From positions 108,834 through 172,833 of the IMG/VR virus record IMGVR_UViG_3300027754_005796: a stretch of DNA of 64,000 bases. One strand, 5' to 3'. Shown piece by piece: positions 10,661 through 20,046 of the stretch. The notes under the pieces are model-generated. The model saw only the letters and a program-made list of their open reading frames with translations. It ran no database searches and was not told the DNA's origin. How positions within the stretch are numbered: position 1 is the stretch's first letter; every line of letters begins with the position of its first letter. The stretch comes from a virus. The translations under genes and the position numbers were made by a program.

Positions 10661-10837
10661 ATGTTGGTACTGAGTCGTAAATTGAACGAAGCTATTATGA
10701 TTGGAGATAATATCAAAATTACAATTATAGATCTTGATAAAGGTCGTGTTCGGCTTGGCATCGAAGCTGATCGTAATATCCCTGTTCATCGTATTGAGGT
10801 ATACAAGTCAATACAGGTAAAAAATGAGCAATCCTAG
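10661..10837 (+). CDS. csrA: Carbon storage regulator CsrA (58 aa, absent from ORF track)
   Basis: MLVLSRKLNEAIMIGDNIKITIIDLDKGRVRLGIEADRNIPVHRIEVYKSIQ; AGGAGG SD. Confidence 0.95.
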   Translation: MLVLSRKLNEAIMIGDNIKITIIDLDKGRVRLGIEADRNIPVHRIEVYKSIQVKNEQS

Positions 10838-11018
10838 ACTTTGTCCGCAATGTAGGCAAATCATCCCTACAGACTGTGGTTATCAATTTGATAGCAGTTT
10901 GAATATGATTTGTCTGCAATGTGGATCTTATGTTTTGATATCTGGACTAAACACAGAGCATTCTTATGCAGAAAATAATCAGCAGTCTGTTTCAGCATCA
11001 CAACAAGAATCTATTTAA
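10824..11018 (+). CDS. Small zinc-ribbon protein
   Basis: CPQC...CLQC. Confidence 0.6.
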   Translation: MSNPRLCPQCRQIIPTDCGYQFDSSLNMICLQCGSYVLISGLNTEHSYAENNQQSVSASQQESI

Positions 11019-11610
11019 CAATTCACTTCAAATTCCACGAATTGAAATTGATTTTGACCGCAAATTCATTATGCGGTGGATTGAAGATGCCATTTATATT
11101 GGTGTCGAAATTGCAACTATATCTTTGCCCGAACTGCATTGTCATGTCATTCACGAAATGGTACATATCAGCAATGCCGAGCAAGACATAGAAGATGTCG
11201 GCGTAAATCAATATCACAACAAATTGTTTTGCAACAAATGCCTTAATTTAGGCTTTTTTGTTGTCAGACATTGGACGCAGGGTTGGAGTTTGAACACAAC
11301 TTTGCCGTTGAGAAATGTTCGTGACAAGAATATGTTTAAATCCCCCACGCAGCATGATCGTGAAAACCTGCTCAAGGCTATCAAAGAGTTCAAAATGCAT
11401 CGTGGTGAGTTCAGCAACAACATCGCCTGTGTGCGTTCGCAAATTTCTGCAAAAATTCCTAGTAAAACCTTTTTTTTGAAGTATGTATGTCAATGCCCCT
11501 CTCCGCACAATAGCATTAGATCGGGACGCAGGCCAGACGGCAGAAACTCTCTCGATATCAAATGCAAGCGTTGCAATTGCGACTTTAGTTGTGTTTCTCC
11601 CCTAGTTTAA
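10966..11610 (+). CDS. SprT-like zinc metalloprotease
   Basis: HEMVH, QYHNK.F, C-terminal KY.C.C...IR...C..C. Confidence 0.85.
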   Translation: MQKIISSLFQHHNKNLFNNSLQIPRIEIDFDRKFIMRWIEDAIYIGVEIATISLPELHCHVIHEMVHISNAEQDIEDVGVNQYHNKLFCNKCLNLGFFVVRHWTQGWSLNTTLPLRNVRDKNMFKSPTQHDRENLLKAIKEFKMHRGEFSNNIACVRSQISAKIPSKTFFLKYVCQCPSPHNSIRSGRRPDGRNSLDIKCKRCNCDFSCVSPLV

Positions 11611-11745
11611 AATCTGGGGATATTTTTTTAATTACTTTGATATAAAAAAAATATAGCAAAGCTGTAGTAATTGAAAATTCTAAAAAACCGGATGTTATTT
11701 TTCCAATTTCAAAGTCCATGTCTGTGACGGGCGTAAACACTATAG
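11585..11745 (-). pseudogene. Putative C-terminal remnant of an MscL-like gene
   Basis: FEIGKITSGFLEFSITTALLYFFYIKVIKK resembles MscL TM2 (G.F....DF.I.A..IF..IK..NK). Confidence 0.4.
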
Positions 11746-11857
11746 TGTGGTCTATCCTCCAGACCATGATACAAAGCACACAAGATAAAAAGCATCAGCG
11801 ACGATGAAAGAACATTGATGTTTCATATTCCAGAACTGATGGACTATAGTAAGACAG

Positions 11858-12547
11858 TTGTGGAATTTAAAGAAAATTCAAGACTGGAGAAACAAAATGA
11901 ATCCCCTTCCTCCTGAAGATTTATTGCCGCCTCAATACGAAGGTTGGAATTATGAAAATCAAATATTTGAAAATCTGGTAAAAGAAATCAATCCAAGAGT
12001 TATAATCGAAGTTGGTTCTTGGAAGGGCATGTCTGCAATAAAACTTTATAAGGCTGCTGAAAACATAAGTAAAGATTTTAATTTGTATTGTGTCGATACA
12101 TGGTTGGGAGCATCTGAGCACATGGACGATATGTCTCATGGTGGTCTTTTTGAAAAGCGGCATGGATATCCGATGCTTTATTTTCAATTTTTATCCAACA
12201 TGCAGCATCAGAACTGCTTGGAAAATCTTCACCCTATGCCAAATACCTCTGCCAATTGTGCCAGATGGTTCGGTAAGAAAAAAATCAAAGCGGATTTGAT
12301 TTATGTTGATGGAAGCCATGAAATTCCAGATGTGTATTATGATTGCTGCAATTATTGGGAGCTATTGAGTCCCGGCGGCATTATGTTTGGTGATGACATT
12401 CGTTACGGACCAGTTGAAGCCTGTGTCAATAATTTTTGTGAACTTGTGAAAATCAATAAAACAGAGATTGACAACAATTATTGGCTTGTGAGAAAACCAG
12501 CCCCGCTTTCTGCATGTAGCATTTTATCGTACTGTCCGGTTTGGTGA
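11858..12547 (+). CDS. Class I methyltransferase (Methyltransf_24-like)
   Basis: IEVGSWKGMS, CVDTWLG, LIYVDGSH, GGIMFGDD. Confidence 0.88.
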   Translation: MWNLKKIQDWRNKMNPLPPEDLLPPQYEGWNYENQIFENLVKEINPRVIIEVGSWKGMSAIKLYKAAENISKDFNLYCVDTWLGASEHMDDMSHGGLFEKRHGYPMLYFQFLSNMQHQNCLENLHPMPNTSANCARWFGKKKIKADLIYVDGSHEIPDVYYDCCNYWELLSPGGIMFGDDIRYGPVEACVNNFCELVKINKTEIDNNYWLVRKPAPLSACSILSYCPVW

Positions 12548-12663
12548 TAAAGACCAGCCAATCGAGCAAGTTCACGATTGTGGTCATTGCCAAATAGAAG
12601 TTTATTGCTTGTTATATTATAGTGATAGCTTTTACCAATATAATAAATGTGATCAGTCTGCAT
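12478..12663 (-). pseudogene. Internally deleted remnant of a GT2-TPR paralogue
   Basis: HIYYIGKSY...FG..H.RE/LARLAGLYH matches two separate blocks of the 21537..22676 protein. Confidence 0.5.
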
Positions 12664-12664
12664 C

Positions 12665-14167
12665 TTAAAGGTGTGCTTGCCACTTGTTTATAAATTTTGT
12701 TTTTAATTCTGCGCTGAGTTCTTGGATGTCTCTATCGATAAGTTCCAAAGACGCATAACATTCGTGTCTTACTTTTGAAGAATTTACAAGATGATGTTCG
12801 ATGTTGTTTGTTTTTAAAAACATAGCATAGTCATCATCTTGATAATAAAGATCGAATTGTTCATCAAATTGACCCATTTTTTCAATCACTTCTCGGGTTG
12901 TGCAAATGCACCATCCCGCTATTTCATGCATGGTGCGGTATCCCAAAATAGATTCATTTGCCAACTGTTCTGGGGTGAAAAATTTTGAATGCCAATTTGG
13001 TTCTTGTGGACAGGCGGACAAAATTTTATTTTTTTCCATATAATCAACAAGATTAACAATTGAATCTTCTAGGAAAAAAAGATCATTGTTGCAAATTAAA
13101 ATATATTTGTTTTTGCAGTATTGCAATCCAATATTTAAAAATTTGTTGTAATTAAATTTTTGATCAATCACAATAGTTGTGGTTTCTGGATATATGTAAC
13201 TTTTTTCAGCAGCATTTACATTTCCTTCAATCACAGTAATGTTGAAGTTTAATGATTTGTTTCTATTTTTCATTGTCTGAATGGTGCGTTGTGTAAGTCC
13301 GTAAAAGTTTAGGTCTTTTGTATAAGTCAAAATGACTGCATCAATTATTGTGTTTTCTTTTTTTCCCCACTCATATTCTTTCGTGCCATTGAAGCTGTTT
13401 TTGTCAATTTCATTTTGACATGTTATCATTTTATATTTTTTGGGCAAATATGGATTTTCACTTGGACTTATGAATGAAAATGAATTATCACTAAAAAATG
13501 GATCTTTGAAATTTTTGATAGAATCTAATATATTTTGTTCATTGCAGATTTTTTCGTTGTTGAATTCTTGGTGGGAGAAGTTTTGAATTTTGTTCAATAT
13601 AAATTCAACGCCACCAAAGTATGAGAAATGCCACCCGCCTTTTGGCAAAGTTTTATTGCTGTGAAATCGAGCTTGTTCAGCACATCCTATTTCTTCAAAT
13701 GTTTGCAGGTCCATAATTTTGGAATGATACCATTTTTCAGAATTTTTGCAGCTTATGTTGTAATAATAAAAATCTTGTTCTAAAGCACATGGGCCTTTTA
13801 TTGGATTTTTTTTCATTTGTTTTAAGAGATCGGCATCTGGAATTTCGTCAATATCTGCAATTATGACAAGATCATCTCTTGTCATATCACACATTTTCAA
13901 ACCTTTTCCGATACCGTTTCTTTGATGTGCCTCTCTAATCCACGGATTGTCTCCATCAGGCATATCATTTACAACAACATGAATCAGTTTTTCGCAGTTA
14001 AAAAGGTGTTTGTTTTCTTGGAAAAATAAAGGCTTTGGTTTATTATTGAAGGTTTTGTTTGCTTCCACCAACACAAAATAATCAACAACATCGCTTAATT
14101 CTGCGATTCTAAATTTGAGCATTTTAAGCTCGTTGTAAAATGTAAAGCAATCGGCTATTTTAATCAT
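12665..14167 (-). CDS. GT17-like glycosyltransferase fused to GT2 domain
   Basis: DCFTFYNE, FVLVEA..TF..KP, E.HQRN, DIDEIP, GGWHFSY, FSHQE; C-terminal FNYNKFLN..G, CNND, QDDDY. Confidence 0.88.
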   Translation of the reverse strand: MIKIADCFTFYNELKMLKFRIAELSDVVDYFVLVEANKTFNNKPKPLFFQENKHLFNCEKLIHVVVNDMPDGDNPWIREAHQRNGIGKGLKMCDMTRDDLVIIADIDEIPDADLLKQMKKNPIKGPCALEQDFYYYNISCKNSEKWYHSKIMDLQTFEEIGCAEQARFHSNKTLPKGGWHFSYFGGVEFILNKIQNFSHQEFNNEKICNEQNILDSIKNFKDPFFSDNSFSFISPSENPYLPKKYKMITCQNEIDKNSFNGTKEYEWGKKENTIIDAVILTYTKDLNFYGLTQRTIQTMKNRNKSLNFNITVIEGNVNAAEKSYIYPETTTIVIDQKFNYNKFLNIGLQYCKNKYILICNNDLFFLEDSIVNLVDYMEKNKILSACPQEPNWHSKFFTPEQLANESILGYRTMHEIAGWCICTTREVIEKMGQFDEQFDLYYQDDDYAMFLKTNNIEHHLVNSSKVRHECYASLELIDRDIQELSAELKTKFINKWQAHL

Positions 14168-14293
14168 GGGTCACCATTTTAATTTTATGTCAAATAATTG
14201 GTTTTTTCAAATTTAGTGCTAAATAATTTTAAAGTTGGAGGATATGTGCGCCGTTCAATAAACATTCGGCGACTTGATTCTGTTTTGGTACAA

Positions 14294-14386
14294 CATAGCC
14301 ATTAAATTTTTGCTATAGGCAAAATCGGCATATTGTTTGAATTCTTGTTGAATTTTGTCTTTAGATATAAAACTTTTTTATTCCAT
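14294..14386 (-). pseudogene. Putative N-terminal remnant of an MscL-like gene (premature TAA at codon 3)
   Basis: ME*KSFISKDKIQQEFKQYADFAYSKNLMAM resembles MscL EF..FA.RGN..D.A. Confidence 0.35.
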
Positions 14387-14482
14387 GATATAAAGATAGC
14401 AAGTTTAAATTAGAACTCCTTGATGCAACTCTTGTTAAAAATCGTGTTAAGTTGTTTGACTGGACGCAAGGAGGTGTATTCA

Positions 14483-15118
14483 ATGCGTATTTTATTTCCA
14501 CCAAGACCCAAAGGAAGAATGCTTCCTACCGATTTACCTCACTATGAGGCATCCGGCAATTGGGTTGCTCAAAGAAAATTTCGTGGCAGTCGTGCTGTTC
14601 TGCACATTTCTACCGACAGGGTTGTTACGCTTGGCAATCGTCATGGTTCTCAATTTGCCAAGTTTGTTTTAGATCAAGGTTTCAAACAGGAAATACTCGA
14701 TGGCTTGGATTTGAAGGACGGGTTGGAATATTGGCTTGATGGTGAATTGATGAACAAGGATATAAATGCGACTAACGAGATTATCTTGTTCGATCTTTTG
14801 CAAGTTGGTAAGTATTTGTTCGGAGGGCCTAGCCAAATTGCCAGACTAAACATGTTGCACCAGATTTGCAGACATCCATCAAAAAATTGTCGTAATGGTC
14901 TTGCGCTGGAGGTGACTCCTCGTTTATGGCTTGCAGAGACATTTGAAAAAGATTTCGTGGTACACTTTGAAGAGGCTCTGTCTACCGAGCAAATCGAGGG
15001 TCTTGTGCTACGAAAAAAATCATCTTGTCTCGACAACTTTGGAGTTTCTGAATATGAGACTTCAAATCTGATTCGCTGTCGCAAGCCGTTTGCGAAAGAC
15101 AAGGGTTACGATTTCTGA
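14483..15118 (+). CDS. ATP-dependent ligase adenylation (nucleotidyltransferase) domain, no OB fold
   Basis: Motifs I QRKFRGSR, III LDGELM, IIIa LFDLL, IV EGLVLRK; AAGGAGG SD. Confidence 0.8.
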   Translation: MRILFPPRPKGRMLPTDLPHYEASGNWVAQRKFRGSRAVLHISTDRVVTLGNRHGSQFAKFVLDQGFKQEILDGLDLKDGLEYWLDGELMNKDINATNEIILFDLLQVGKYLFGGPSQIARLNMLHQICRHPSKNCRNGLALEVTPRLWLAETFEKDFVVHFEEALSTEQIEGLVLRKKSSCLDNFGVSEYETSNLIRCRKPFAKDKGYDF

Positions 15119-15194
15119 AAGGGGGAGCGTTTTATAGCTTAATTTTTCATGGTTTCAAGGTGAATTTCAAAATCTCATCAAAGGATGGTGCATT

Positions 15195-16448
15195 ATGTCG
15201 AAGAAGACTGACATGAATTTCCCAATTGAAAAAATGCCAGCAGGCACGAAGCATCTGTTTGGCAACATGTACATGGTGTCATTCAATAGTATAAAAACCC
15301 CTGACCCTGAGGAGGCCAAGGATGGTGAATACCAGTTTCGCAATCCTAGGCTTTTGACAGAGCGAGGGCAGGCCGATCTATTGGACCGCAGGCTCTCCAC
15401 GGAGCTTCGTGAAAGCATCAAGAATCGCACTCTTTTGAACCCTTTGGTCTGTAGGTGGGTTGAGGATGGCGATAACTTCATCCCTATGGTGATCGGTGGT
15501 GATCGCCGGTATCGTGCCCTTGAGTATCTTATCCGTAAAAAGGAAGAGGTTCTCGATCCTCGTGGCGTTAAAGCAAGTGAGGATGGTTGGAAGTACGGCA
15601 AGGTTTCAGCCGATGTTGCCTATGAGTTTGTCCCCTGCCAAATATTTGTTTGCAACAACGATTTGCAAGCTCTTGCTTTGGCTTGGGCTGAAAACAAGAG
15701 TCGCATTAATTTGACGGAGGGGCATGAGATAGCCGAAGTCGTGAAGCTTCGTGCTGCGAATGCAACTGATTCCCAGATTGTTGGAATTCTTCAGCAAGAC
15801 AGCAAGTGGTTGGCCGAGACAGATCGTTTGATCAATAGTCTTGATGCCAATACCTTGTCGGACCTTTTTGAAGGAAGGATTGATCGCCAGAGCGCCATTG
15901 AGCTTGGTGCGATTGATGACGAGGAGATTCGTGAACAGGTTCGCACAGTAGCGAATGACGCTGCTGCGGAAACCTGTCAGAAACGGATTGGTCGTATCCA
16001 ATCGCAGATCGAGAAGGCTTTGGATCGTAAGGAAATCGCAGAGGGCAATTTGGCTGTTGCTGAAACACCAAAGCAGCGAAAAAAGGCGCAGCAAGAAATT
16101 GAGTCTGCGACACAAGAAGTTGCGACTATGGACAATAAGCGGAATGCGATGCAGCCGGTTGTCAATTCTCGTGATGTTCGACAGGCATCGAGGGATATTA
16201 CGGGAGATGTTCCTAAGCCCAAGGGCAAGCGTGGCCCCCAAAGCGGGCCTCGCAAGATGCGTGAGAACAAGATCAAAGAAGGCCGTGAGTATCTCACCGG
16301 CATTTTACGCAACAACGGTCGTTGCCCTGAGGATACCTTCACGGCACAGATCGATTCCATCAAGTTAGTTTTGCGTGTTTTTGAGGAAAACATCATGTCG
16401 GGCAACGATGATTGGGCCGGGACGCTTCGTCGTCATTACGGCGCATAA
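15195..16448 (+). CDS. ParB/Spo0J-like protein with HTH and coiled coil
   Basis: LRESIK...LLNPLV, IGGDRRYRAL, AEN..R.NL. Confidence 0.85.
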   Translation: MSKKTDMNFPIEKMPAGTKHLFGNMYMVSFNSIKTPDPEEAKDGEYQFRNPRLLTERGQADLLDRRLSTELRESIKNRTLLNPLVCRWVEDGDNFIPMVIGGDRRYRALEYLIRKKEEVLDPRGVKASEDGWKYGKVSADVAYEFVPCQIFVCNNDLQALALAWAENKSRINLTEGHEIAEVVKLRAANATDSQIVGILQQDSKWLAETDRLINSLDANTLSDLFEGRIDRQSAIELGAIDDEEIREQVRTVANDAAAETCQKRIGRIQSQIEKALDRKEIAEGNLAVAETPKQRKKAQQEIESATQEVATMDNKRNAMQPVVNSRDVRQASRDITGDVPKPKGKRGPQSGPRKMRENKIKEGREYLTGILRNNGRCPEDTFTAQIDSIKLVLRVFEENIMSGNDDWAGTLRRHYGA

Positions 16449-16468
16449 TCGCTGCTTGCAAATTCAAT

Positions 16469-16500
16469 AAAAAAGCCTCACCAATCGGTGAGGTTTTTTT
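16469..16500 (+). terminator. Rho-independent terminator (bidirectional)
   Basis: AAAAAAGCCTCACC-AATC-GGTGAGGTTTTTTT. Confidence 0.85.
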
Positions 16501-16523
16501 ATTGATCAAGAATAAATACATCA

Positions 16524-16829
16524 ATGATTCAAGTGTGTCCCTTCTGCGGTCATGAACTAGAAACTGCTTTGACAGACGGGTTGACACATTGTGCTCATTG
16601 TAACCAAAATTTAGATTCCAGCGACCTGAATCAACTTTTAGCTGCTGGATGGCAAATAAGAAAGCATCATTACAGCTTGGAGCAAATCAAGCACATCGCC
16701 AAATTAAACGATGATTTTGCAATTCTGGTTTACACCTTTGTTGGTGAATATGGTTATTCACATGATGAGTTTTTTAAATTGCTTAGAAAGTTAGGCGTTG
16801 CGCATAAATCTTACATAAATTTTCATTAA
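16524..16829 (+). CDS. Zinc-ribbon hypothetical protein
   Basis: CPFC...CAHC. Confidence 0.75.
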   Translation: MIQVCPFCGHELETALTDGLTHCAHCNQNLDSSDLNQLLAAGWQIRKHHYSLEQIKHIAKLNDDFAILVYTFVGEYGYSHDEFFKLLRKLGVAHKSYINFH

Positions 16830-16897
16830 ATATGAAATTGTAGCCCCACATATTGTGGGGCTTAGATATTTTTTTTGGAAACAAAAAAACCAGCTTA

Positions 16898-17113
16898 TTA
16901 GGCCGTTTCTGCGGATATTTGTCCGATGGGGAAGAGTGTTTCACCGTTCGTTGTTTCTAGTTCCGAGCGTATCACGGTAACCTTTTTATCTGCTTCAATC
17001 CCTAACCTGACTTTGTTTCTGTTGTCGATCCTAACAACTGTGATTCTGATGTCCTCTTGACCGGGTTGTTTCAGAATGATAACTTCGTCCTTCTTTCGTG
17101 ACAGTACCAGCAT
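16898..17113 (-). CDS. csrA: CsrA paralogue 2
   Basis: MLVLSRK.DE.I....I.ITVV.I...KVRLGIEA...V.V.R.EL. Confidence 0.93.
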   Translation of the reverse strand: MLVLSRKKDEVIILKQPGQEDIRITVVRIDNRNKVRLGIEADKKVTVIRSELETTNGETLFPIGQISAETA

Positions 17114-17346
17114 TTTTATTCCTTTCGTGCCAAAGTCCTTGTACTATATTAAAGAAGTATGTATCCTTTTTTTTTGATGAGATGATAATATTTTTTTGAT
17201 TTTGACTTTACAATCAAAATACCTCGTACTAATATCAATCTGTCAGGATGGACCAGCCGGTATGAAATCGGCAGGTATAAAGGTGTTGTGATAGTCACCT
17301 CAAGTGTCACAACTGATTTTATTGAGGCTAGTTTGGGAGTTTTTTC

Positions 17347-17814
17347 ATGAGTAGCCAATGGTATGTCGAACTCACTACGCTTCGTTCTCAGCGTGAGAAG
17401 ATTGATAAGCAAATCGCTTTGCTCGAGGAGTTGGTTGATCTTGAGGCGCAGCATGGCGGTCACCAAGCGAGGCCTGTCGCTGCCCGCAAGCCTGCTGCAC
17501 GCACCGCTTTTGCCGATAAGCCGAAACCCCGCAGGGCTAAGAACACATCTCGTCAGATTGGCGCTGTTGTTTCTTCTGATGGTAAGAATATTCGTCTTCC
17601 TCAATTGCTGGTCAGTATCAGTCAGCAGCAGTCCTCTCCCGTGAAGCTGGAAGAGTTTTGTAAGCTCGTCAAAGAGGCTGGCTATGAAAGCAATGCTAGC
17701 AATTTCAGCAACATGGTTTACCAGTCTTTGCAGAAGCTTATCAAGAAGGGGTTTTTCGCCCGCAACGACGAAACCCGTGAGTATGCTTTCACCGGCAACC
17801 TCCAGACTGCCTGA
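17347..17814 (+). CDS. Coiled coil, basic linker and winged-helix DNA-binding protein (nucleoid-associated-like)
   Basis: Ala/Arg/Lys linker; EAGY.S.ASNF.NMVYQ.L..L.KKG wHTH-like C-terminus. Confidence 0.7.
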   Translation: MSSQWYVELTTLRSQREKIDKQIALLEELVDLEAQHGGHQARPVAARKPAARTAFADKPKPRRAKNTSRQIGAVVSSDGKNIRLPQLLVSISQQQSSPVKLEEFCKLVKEAGYESNASNFSNMVYQSLQKLIKKGFFARNDETREYAFTGNLQTA

Positions 17815-17881
17815 TTGTTTGTCGCTAACCACGCCTCCTCCGGGGCGACTTTTTAACTCACTACTCAAGGAACTGTGTACT

Positions 17882-18256
17882 ATGTCAAACGAACTGAATC
17901 AGAATAAGGACAAGAGCAAAGCCGATTGTGTGCGGGCGATTCTGAAACAGATTGGGGCCATCAAGGCTCATCCACCAGAAGGCTGGCATAAGAAAACTGA
18001 AGAAGAATTGCTTGCTAAGTACAATATTAAGGTGCATACGACTCACATTTACGCTATTCGTAACGCTATGCTCTCTAAAAGGCATTCAGCGGTTCTTTCT
18101 GAAACCAAAGAGGTTCTTCCCGAAACCAAAGATGATCATATCAAAGGTGTGATTTGTCTGTCGGATTTGGTTGCGGTCAAGTCTCTTAGTAAGCAGATTG
18201 GTGGTCTTTCTAGGTTGAAGGAATGTATTCGGGCTTTGGAGCAAATCACGACCTGA
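17882..18256 (+). CDS. Hypothetical protein resembling a planctomycete small basic family
   Basis: SKADCVR...DLVAVK.L..QIGGL.RL...I.ALE pattern. Confidence 0.7.
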   Translation: MSNELNQNKDKSKADCVRAILKQIGAIKAHPPEGWHKKTEEELLAKYNIKVHTTHIYAIRNAMLSKRHSAVLSETKEVLPETKDDHIKGVICLSDLVAVKSLSKQIGGLSRLKECIRALEQITT

Positions 18257-18279
18257 GGCACCTAACAGTTTTATTCGAC

Positions 18280-18313
18280 AAAGGCGCTCTGATTACAGAG
18301 CGCCTTTTCTTTT
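18280..18313 (+). terminator. Rho-independent terminator
   Basis: AAAGGCGCTCTG-ATTA-CAGAGCGCCTTT plus T-rich tail. Confidence 0.85.
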
Positions 18314-18363
18314 ACCTTTGATAGATATTGGGGTAAAATGGATTATAACTAGGAGTTCGAGTC

Positions 18364-19605
18364 ATGCCTCGTAAGCGTCAAATTGTTTGTAATTATTGTG
18401 GCAATAATGCCACCTCTGGACCATTGGTGGAGAGCCCTATCAGTAAGGTCTACATTTGCGGAGCTTGCATTAAAGTGTGCGATGCATTCTTGACTCAAAA
18501 AAGCGAGTGTCCCGTGCCTCAATTACATCTGAATTCAGCCAAACAGATAGTGGAACACTTAGATCAACATATTATAGGACAGGACAGAGCCAAGCGTGCC
18601 TTAGCGGTTGCTGTAATCAACCATTATAAAAGACTTTTGGATTTCACTACCCAATTTGAAAAGAACAATCCATATAAAGATGTCAATTTAGAGAAGTCTA
18701 ATATTTTGCTTGTTGGCCCCACGGGTTCAGGCAAGACGCTTTTGGCCAGCACTTTGGCTAAAATTATGAATGTGCCGTTTGCTGTGGGTGATGCAACCAC
18801 GCTCACAGAAAGTGGTTATGTTGGTGAGGATGTTGAGAATTTAGTTCTGAAATTGATCCGTGCTGCCGATGGCGACATAGAGTTGGCACAGCATGGCATT
18901 ATTTTTCTTGACGAGGTAGACAAACTTGCTCGTAGTGGCGGGAATGTTTCCATCACAAGGGATGTAAGTGGTGAGGGTGTCCAACAATCGTTGTTGAAAA
19001 TGTTTGAGGGTACAATTTGCAATGTTCCTCCGCAGGGTGGCCGTAAGCATCCTGAGCAAAAGTACATCCCAGTCGATACCCGCAATATTTTGTTTATATG
19101 CGGGGGAGCTTTTAATGGTTTGGAGGACATCATCAAGCGTCGATTGGGCAAATCGATGATGGGATTTAATTCGCAGCCAAATGAAGAAACTGATTGGTTG
19201 TTGGGAAGTGTTTCTGAAGCCGATTTGGTTGAATTCGGAATGATCCCTGAGTTCATAGGTCGGTTGCCTGTGGTCACTCCTCTGAGAGGCTTAGATGAAG
19301 AAGCTCTAATGCAAATTCTGACTAAGCCAAAAAATGCCATAACCAAGCAATACAAAAAACTTTGTTATAGTGAAGGTGTGGATTTGAATTTCACCGAAGA
19401 TGCCCTGAAGGCAATTGCTAAAAAAGCTTTGGACAAGGGGACAGGTGCTCGTGGACTCAGATCTGTGTTGGAAGATTTTATGCTTGATGTAATGTTTCAA
19501 TTAGTGGATAATGAAGGAAAATCGACAACAATAACCAAAGAAGTTGTAGCTGGTGCTTCTGCGACTTTTGAAAAAAACACACTCATTTATTCTGGGGCTG
19601 TTTAA
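18364..19605 (+). CDS. clpX: ATP-dependent Clp protease ATP-binding subunit ClpX
   Basis: Zn-binding N-domain, GPTGSGKT, GYVGEDVE, RDVSGEGVQQ, GGRKHP, MGF loop, GARGLR. Confidence 0.97.
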   Translation: MPRKRQIVCNYCGNNATSGPLVESPISKVYICGACIKVCDAFLTQKSECPVPQLHLNSAKQIVEHLDQHIIGQDRAKRALAVAVINHYKRLLDFTTQFEKNNPYKDVNLEKSNILLVGPTGSGKTLLASTLAKIMNVPFAVGDATTLTESGYVGEDVENLVLKLIRAADGDIELAQHGIIFLDEVDKLARSGGNVSITRDVSGEGVQQSLLKMFEGTICNVPPQGGRKHPEQKYIPVDTRNILFICGGAFNGLEDIIKRRLGKSMMGFNSQPNEETDWLLGSVSEADLVEFGMIPEFIGRLPVVTPLRGLDEEALMQILTKPKNAITKQYKKLCYSEGVDLNFTEDALKAIAKKALDKGTGARGLRSVLEDFMLDVMFQLVDNEGKSTTITKEVVAGASATFEKNTLIYSGAV

Positions 19606-19638
19606 TGAAGCCACATCTTAGATTGATTGGTGATGTTC

Positions 19639-19824
19639 ATGGCGGGGCGTTCTCTTCCAAAATCAAAGTGCTGGTCTATGTCTTGGTCTTGGTCTATGTC
19701 TTGGTCTATGTTTTGGCCTTGGCCTTGGTCTAGGTCTTGGTCTTGCTATTTTTCTAATTTTTTGGTTAAATCTTGGTCTGTGTCTTGGTCTTATTGGTCA
19801 AAAAATTGGAGCAACAATATATGA
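19639..19824 (+). CDS. Trp/Ser-repeat microprotein cassette A1 (5' end rearranged)
   Basis: TCTTGG repeats; ends WSNNI*, stop overlaps next ATG. Confidence 0.55.
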   Translation: MAGRSLPKSKCWSMSWSWSMSWSMFWPWPWSRSWSCYFSNFLVKSWSVSWSYWSKNWSNNI

Positions 19825-20003
19825 TCCTTAAAACAAATTCACATAGTGATAACCATTGTTTTGGATTTGTTAATTCAAAATTAGCATGTCGCTCTTTTTT
19901 TTGGTCTATGTTTTGGTCTGAGTCTTGGTCTTTGTCTTGGCAAAATTGTGACTCTTGGTCTTGGTCTACGCCTTTGTCTTTTCATTGGAGTATAGAACAA
20001 TGA
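19821..20003 (+). CDS. Trp/Ser-repeat microprotein cassette A2 (MILKTNS...)
   Basis: GGAG SD, ATGA coupling at both ends; paralogue of 54428..54649. Confidence 0.65.
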   Translation: MILKTNSHSDNHCFGFVNSKLACRSFFWSMFWSESWSLSWQNCDSWSWSTPLSFHWSIEQ

Positions 20004-20046
20004 TCCTTAAAACAATTTTCTTTAGCAGAGGGCGGTATTCAAGATT

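Noticed and set aside
15195-16448. Complete parABS partition system
   Set aside because: No parA and no canonical parS palindrome seen in the window
19773-19820. Val/Leu-rich or Gly/Leu-rich frames of the TCTTGG repeats as TM peptides (also 54468-54656, 54604-54645)
   Set aside because: SD and ATGA coupling and the conserved head are all in the Trp/Ser frame
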